Shown here piece after piece: positions 59,563 through 64,000 of a stretch of 64,000 nucleotides of DNA. The position numbers were made by a program, and so were the translations under genes. Each line of letters opens with the position of its first letter. Position 1 is the first letter of the stretch. The notes beneath the pieces are model-generated. The model was not told the DNA's origin, did no database searches, and was given only the letters and a program-made list of their open reading frames with translations. The DNA is from Flavobacteriales bacterium (GTDB lineage: Bacteria > Bacteroidota > Bacteroidia > NS11-12g > UBA955): positions 21,048-85,047 of the forward strand of contig CANFLS010000003.1 in the NCBI GenBank assembly GCA_947447955.1. Direction: 5' to 3'.

Positions 59563-59626
59563 TTAACAAAGATTAAGAAATCATTATCGTAACTTAAAGT
59601 GTAATTAACATTGGGTTAACATTGGA
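59563..59626 (+). promoter_or_regulatory. helically phased TTAACA-type direct repeats (Pho-box/OmpR-family-like)
   Basis: TTAACA 59563, TTAAGA 59573, TTATCG 59584, TTAAAG 59594, TTAACA 59605, TTAACA 59616 (10-11 bp period). Confidence 0.55.
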
Positions 59627-59642
59627 GTATGATTTTTGCGGT

Positions 59643-62471
59643 ATGTTTAGACATAAGAATGCCGTGTTTGCAATTGTATTCATTCTGTTTGGGATGAATC
59701 AATTAAATGCTCAAAATGGATTTGGTTATTTGATCGGAAAAGTCACAAATGAAAATGCGTTGCCAGTAGTGGACGCAAAGATTTCGTTTTCAAATATTTC
59801 AGAGTCAGTTCAATCTGATGTTGAAGGGAAATTTGACAAAAAATTGGCAATTGGTAAAATTGTAGTTACTGTTGATTATACGGGTTTCGATTCACAAGTT
59901 GACACTGTTATAATAGAAGAAGGCAAAACTGCTTTTATTTCTTTTGTAATGACAAAAGTGGAAGGAATTGGCCAGGTTGATATTAAATCTAAGAAAAAAC
60001 AAATTGGCGCTACTGTTGGTGATGCAATCAAAACTAAGAAAATATCTATACAAGTTGTAGAATCTATTGGTGCTGAAGAATTTAGTAAAACTACAATCAG
60101 AACGGTTGCTGACGTATTCAAACGTATGACAGGTTTGACTATTTCTGAAGGTAAGTTTGCCAACGTTCGTGGTATGTTTGATCGTTATAACGCGGGTTAT
60201 TTAAACGGCGCACCGTTGCCAAGTACAGAGAGTGATAGAAAAGCATTTTCATTTGACATTATCCCAGCGGGATTATTAGATAACGTTACCGTTATTAAAA
60301 GTGGATCACCAGATTTGATAGGTGATTTTGGCGGAGGGATAATTAAAATCAATACAAAGAGTATCCCTGAGAAATTGACACAAAACTTTTCAATTGGATT
60401 TCAGTACAATTCTATTACTACGGGTAATCCAGTAAGAACCTTTGCTATTGGTAATGCAGAGTATTTTGGAATGATTTCGGCGGGTAATAAAATCCCAACT
60501 CTTGATGCTAGAATGAAGGTTGATTATGAGAATCCAGTTGTTAACGTGGCTGAAACCAAAAAATTCAATAACAATTGGAAAATGGCTCCGTTGAGTGCAA
60601 TGCCTTCTCCAAGAATAAGCTATACTTTGGGTGTTCCATTTAAAGTTGGTAAAATGAGTGCAGGTATGATGGTAAGTTGGAATTATTCAATGACTCAAAA
60701 ATTCTCTTATGGAATTGTTGATACTAGAGATTTCTCAGACAACAGATTAAGTAGAAGCTATCAGGATAGTACGTTTGCCACAAACGTACAAAATGGTGGA
60801 ATTGCTAATTTTTCCCTCAAAATAAATAACAAGAATAAAATTGATTTCAAAAACTTGATAAGTTTAACGTATGATGTATCAAGTATCATTCGTAGGGGTG
60901 TTGCAAGTTATGACGATCAACTTTCAACGAATGGATATTCTAATTTTGCAAACCTAAATAAATTATATAGTTCACAATTAATAGGTACACATTCACTTGG
61001 TAAAAATCAATCATCAATCAATTGGGTATTGAATTATGGCTTAACCAATAGACAAGTTCCTGATTTTAGAATTGCACAGTATTCTTATACATCTGACGAC
61101 ATTAGCACACGTCAATTGAATGTGAATCCATTTTTCAGAGATGGATCAGGACGTTTCTTTTCGAATTTGAATGAAACATCATATTCTGGATCTGTTGATT
61201 ATAACACAAATTTGAAAACAGGTAAAATTGGAACAATGTTAAAGGTTGGTATTTATAACCAACGCAGAGATAGGGTTTTTGATAGCCGTCAATTTATTTA
61301 TGGTCCATTAACAACTACTGTTTATTCTCAAAACGAACCTGAAATTGATTTGGCTGAAAACAAAATCACTGAAAAGGGATTGTATTTGATTGAAAAGACC
61401 AGAGATAAAGACGATTATACCGCTTATAGCACATTGCAAGCTGCTTATGCAATGTTTGAAAACAATGTGCCAATGTTTAAAAAAGATGGCAAATCATACG
61501 ACATGAAAATTACTTGGGGTGTGAGATATGAGCAATTCAAACAGCAATTAAAAAATAAGGCGCTATCTATTATGGGTCGTCCGTTGGCTGATCCAGCACT
61601 TACAAAAGATTATTTGCCATCGGTAAATATCAATGCACCATTAACACGTAAGAGCAATTTGCGTTTGGCTTATTACAAAACAGTAAATAGACCAGAATTA
61701 CGTGAACTTGCTCCATTTGCATTTTATAATTTCAGTATCAACTCGGAAATTTTGGGTTCGCAATATTTGAACAGAGCTATTCTTGACAACTACGACGTGC
61801 GTTGGGAAGTTTATTCAAATAAAGAAGATATGTTCTCTATGGGTGTTTTTGCTAAAAACATTAAAAATCCAATTGAGTTTTCATTAGATCCTACACAAAC
61901 ACAAATTAGAACTTTTACTTATCAAAACCAAAGTGTTGCAGTTAACCGCGGTATTGAACTTGAAATGCGTAAAAATATGGGTAGCTTCATTAAGTATTTA
62001 GGTTGGAGCTGGTTAAAAAACATTACCTTATATGCGAATTTGGCATTGATTGAAAGTAAAGTAACTTTCGACGGTAACCAATCAAGAACATTGCAAGGTC
62101 AAAGTCCTTATGTAGTGAATACAAGCTTATTCTATGAAAATAAAAAAGGATGGCAGGTAAACGCGAGTTTCAACAAAATTGGACAAAGAATTGCATACAT
62201 TGGTTTGCCAATTTCTGCAGCAAAATTCGGTTTAGATATTTATGAGTACGGTAGAAGTATTTTAGATATCCAGGTAGCTAAGAAAATTGGCAAGAGTGGT
62301 TTGTTAAGAATTACTTTTGGTGATTTATTGGCACAAAAGAGTGTTTTTTACCAAGACATGAATCACAATGGCAAGTATGATGAAACGACTGTTTTAGACG
62401 GCGGCGATAATACTTTAATTAGCTTTACAAACGGTAGAACTATTAACTTTGGGTACTCAATCAATTTTTAA
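59643..62471 (+). CDS. TonB-dependent receptor
   Basis: Signal LNA-Q; plug NVRGMFDRYN...LNGAPLPSTE.DRKAFSFDIIP; RPELRELAPF; LQGQSPY; C-terminal YSINF. Confidence 0.9.
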   Translation: MFRHKNAVFAIVFILFGMNQLNAQNGFGYLIGKVTNENALPVVDAKISFSNISESVQSDVEGKFDKKLAIGKIVVTVDYTGFDSQVDTVIIEEGKTAFISFVMTKVEGIGQVDIKSKKKQIGATVGDAIKTKKISIQVVESIGAEEFSKTTIRTVADVFKRMTGLTISEGKFANVRGMFDRYNAGYLNGAPLPSTESDRKAFSFDIIPAGLLDNVTVIKSGSPDLIGDFGGGIIKINTKSIPEKLTQNFSIGFQYNSITTGNPVRTFAIGNAEYFGMISAGNKIPTLDARMKVDYENPVVNVAETKKFNNNWKMAPLSAMPSPRISYTLGVPFKVGKMSAGMMVSWNYSMTQKFSYGIVDTRDFSDNRLSRSYQDSTFATNVQNGGIANFSLKINNKNKIDFKNLISLTYDVSSIIRRGVASYDDQLSTNGYSNFANLNKLYSSQLIGTHSLGKNQSSINWVLNYGLTNRQVPDFRIAQYSYTSDDISTRQLNVNPFFRDGSGRFFSNLNETSYSGSVDYNTNLKTGKIGTMLKVGIYNQRRDRVFDSRQFIYGPLTTTVYSQNEPEIDLAENKITEKGLYLIEKTRDKDDYTAYSTLQAAYAMFENNVPMFKKDGKSYDMKITWGVRYEQFKQQLKNKALSIMGRPLADPALTKDYLPSVNINAPLTRKSNLRLAYYKTVNRPELRELAPFAFYNFSINSEILGSQYLNRAILDNYDVRWEVYSNKEDMFSMGVFAKNIKNPIEFSLDPTQTQIRTFTYQNQSVAVNRGIELEMRKNMGSFIKYLGWSWLKNITLYANLALIESKVTFDGNQSRTLQGQSPYVVNTSLFYENKKGWQVNASFNKIGQRIAYIGLPISAAKFGLDIYEYGRSILDIQVAKKIGKSGLLRITFGDLLAQKSVFYQDMNHNGKYDETTVLDGGDNTLISFTNGRTINFGYSINF

Positions 62472-62496
62472 ACAGAGACAATATTAACGAATTATT

Positions 62497-62528
62497 AAAA
62501 GCCCAAGAATAAAATTCTTGGGCTTTTT
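62497..62528 (+). terminator. intrinsic terminator
   Basis: AAAAGCCCAAGAAT-AAA-ATTCTTGGGCTTTTTT. Confidence 0.8.
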
Positions 62529-62692
62529 TGTTGTATATTGTTTTCTATAAATGATTTGTGTGTATGCATTGCTTTGGCTGTGTTGAGATTCGTTAATTTA
62601 GTGTTACCTAAATATTGCAAAGGGTAACAAAAAGTTGATTTGAAATTGAAATTGGGATAATTGTGTGGAGTGAATTTTGCATCAAATAAACT

Positions 62693-64000
62693 ATGAAAAA
62701 AATATTATTATCGATCGCAGCAGTTTGTGCATTGTTAAGTGCAAATGCTCAAGTTATTGAGAAGGTAAATTACTTAGGTGCGTTAGACAAAGACGCGAAA
62801 AAAGATTGGACCAAAAACTGGACCAATTGGGATCCTAAAAATGCTTCTTATGGCGCTATCACAGATTCAACAACTTTGAATGATGTATCTGGTGAAAAAT
62901 TAATTACAGGTACTTTATCTTTATCTGCTTCTCAAGTTTACTTATTGAAAACCATTTTGGTAATCAAAAGTGGTGGTAAATTAATTGTTCCTGCTGGAAC
63001 AGTTGTAAGAGGTAGAGCAAATACAGGTGCTACTCCTAAAGAATATGCAACAGTTGTTGTAGAAAGAGGAGGTAAAATTGAACTTCAAGGTACTGAAACT
63101 AACCCAGTAGTATTCACATCTGCAAAAACTACAAGAGATCGTGGTGATTGGGGTGGAATTTTCATTGCTGGTAACGCTCCGAACAACCAAGGTGCTAGCG
63201 TTCAAATGGAAGGTTTTAACAACATTTCTTTTGACAATCAATTGGCTTTTCACGGTGGAACTGTTGAAAATGACAATTCTGGTAGCTTAACTTATGTAAG
63301 AATTGAATTTGGTGGTTTTGCTTTCGAACCAAACAAAGAATTGAACGGTTTAACTTTGGCTTCTGTTGGTAATGGAACTAAAATTGATCGTATACAAGTT
63401 TCTTATTCTGGTGACGACTCTTATGAGTGGTTTGGTGGATCTGTAAACTGTAAACACATTATTGCTTACAAAGGTACTGATGATGATTTTGATACTGACT
63501 TTGGTTACAGAGGTTCTGTACAATTTGGTATTGCTCAAAAAGATACTTCTTATTTCGATTTATCTTGGAACGTAGCAGGTGGTTCTACATCTGAGTGTTT
63601 CGAGTCTGATAACGATGCTGCAGGTTCTGGTAAATTGCCTTTGACCTCTGCTGTTTTCACTAACATGACTTGTGTTGGTCCAGTTTCAATTGGTGGAAAA
63701 TGGTCTGATTTGAGTACTACATTAAAAGGTGCTTACCGTCGTGGTGCACGTATCCGTAGAAATAGCCGTATCTCTATCACTAACTCTATTTTCTTGGGTT
63801 ATAGAAACTTTATCATGTTAGATGGTGATAGCACATTATATGCTGCTGGAGCTCGTCCAACTGTAAAGCCTAATGATAACTACGATTTAGTTCGTAACAA
63901 CTACTTCTGTAATTCTACTGTTGCTTTAACTCCAGCTGCAGCTACTGCAAATGGTTTGTCTGAAACAAGCACTGGTTACTATGCTGACTCAGTTTCTAAA
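62693..64000 (+). CDS. secreted right-handed beta-helix protein, truncated by window end; not in ORF track
   Basis: Open frame MKKILLSIAAVCALLSANAQ...VERGGKIELQGT..NPVVFTS...RGDWGG...DNSG.LTYVRIEFGG...ELNGLTL..VG.GT...DDSYEWFGG...DDDFDTDFGY, with no stop before 64000. Confidence 0.88.
   Translation, partial: MKKILLSIAAVCALLSANAQVIEKVNYLGALDKDAKKDWTKNWTNWDPKNASYGAITDSTTLNDVSGEKLITGTLSLSASQVYLLKTILVIKSGGKLIVPAGTVVRGRANTGATPKEYATVVVERGGKIELQGTETNPVVFTSAKTTRDRGDWGGIFIAGNAPNNQGASVQMEGFNNISFDNQLAFHGGTVENDNSGSLTYVRIEFGGFAFEPNKELNGLTLASVGNGTKIDRIQVSYSGDDSYEWFGGSVNCKHIIAYKGTDDDFDTDFGYRGSVQFGIAQKDTSYFDLSWNVAGGSTSECFESDNDAAGSGKLPLTSAVFTNMTCVGPVSIGGKWSDLSTTLKGAYRRGARIRRNSRISITNSIFLGYRNFIMLDGDSTLYAAGARPTVKPNDNYDLVRNNYFCNSTVALTPAAATANGLSETSTGYYADSVSK

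Noticed and set aside
62981..63538. Minus-strand ORFs in the track at the window end
   Set aside because: They are antisense to the real, unterminated plus-strand beta-helix gene starting at 62693.

Overview
AT-rich, gene-dense chromosomal window from a member of the Bacteroidota. Evidence: TAnnTTTG-type promoters, gldD/gldE, many T9SS C-terminal sorting domains, and the conserved rng-HU-mutY-ssb-gldE-gldD block. Most of it is housekeeping: trmB, aat, rnz, ftsK, lolA, sucD, xerD, aconitase, ruvC, argS, rlmH, rne/rng, mutY, ssb, pdxJ, hutI. I found no rRNA, tRNA, CRISPR, IS or prophage. Two real genes are missing from the ORF track: a 29-aa bS22/mS38-like ribosomal protein (32031..32120, -) and a secreted beta-helix protein truncated at the window end (62693..>64000, +). 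The best candidate for an undescribed system is a five-gene operon at 38.75-46.18 kb in which every product has a signal peptide and a T9SS-type C-terminal domain. It encodes two paralogous non-purple metallophosphoesterases, an SHD1-2TM-YHYH protein, an unknown beta-sandwich-like protein and a double-DUF1566 protein. It sits behind an ECF-sigma-like promoter whose -10 decamer recurs upstream of a TonB-dependent receptor. Other highlights: a helically phased TTAACA (Pho-box-like) array before a TBDR/beta-helix pair, a SusCD-less GH144/esterase/GH31 trio, frequent leaderless-looking promoter-ATG spacing, and a reused palindromic terminator. Family calls come from recognising motifs by eye; no database searches were run.
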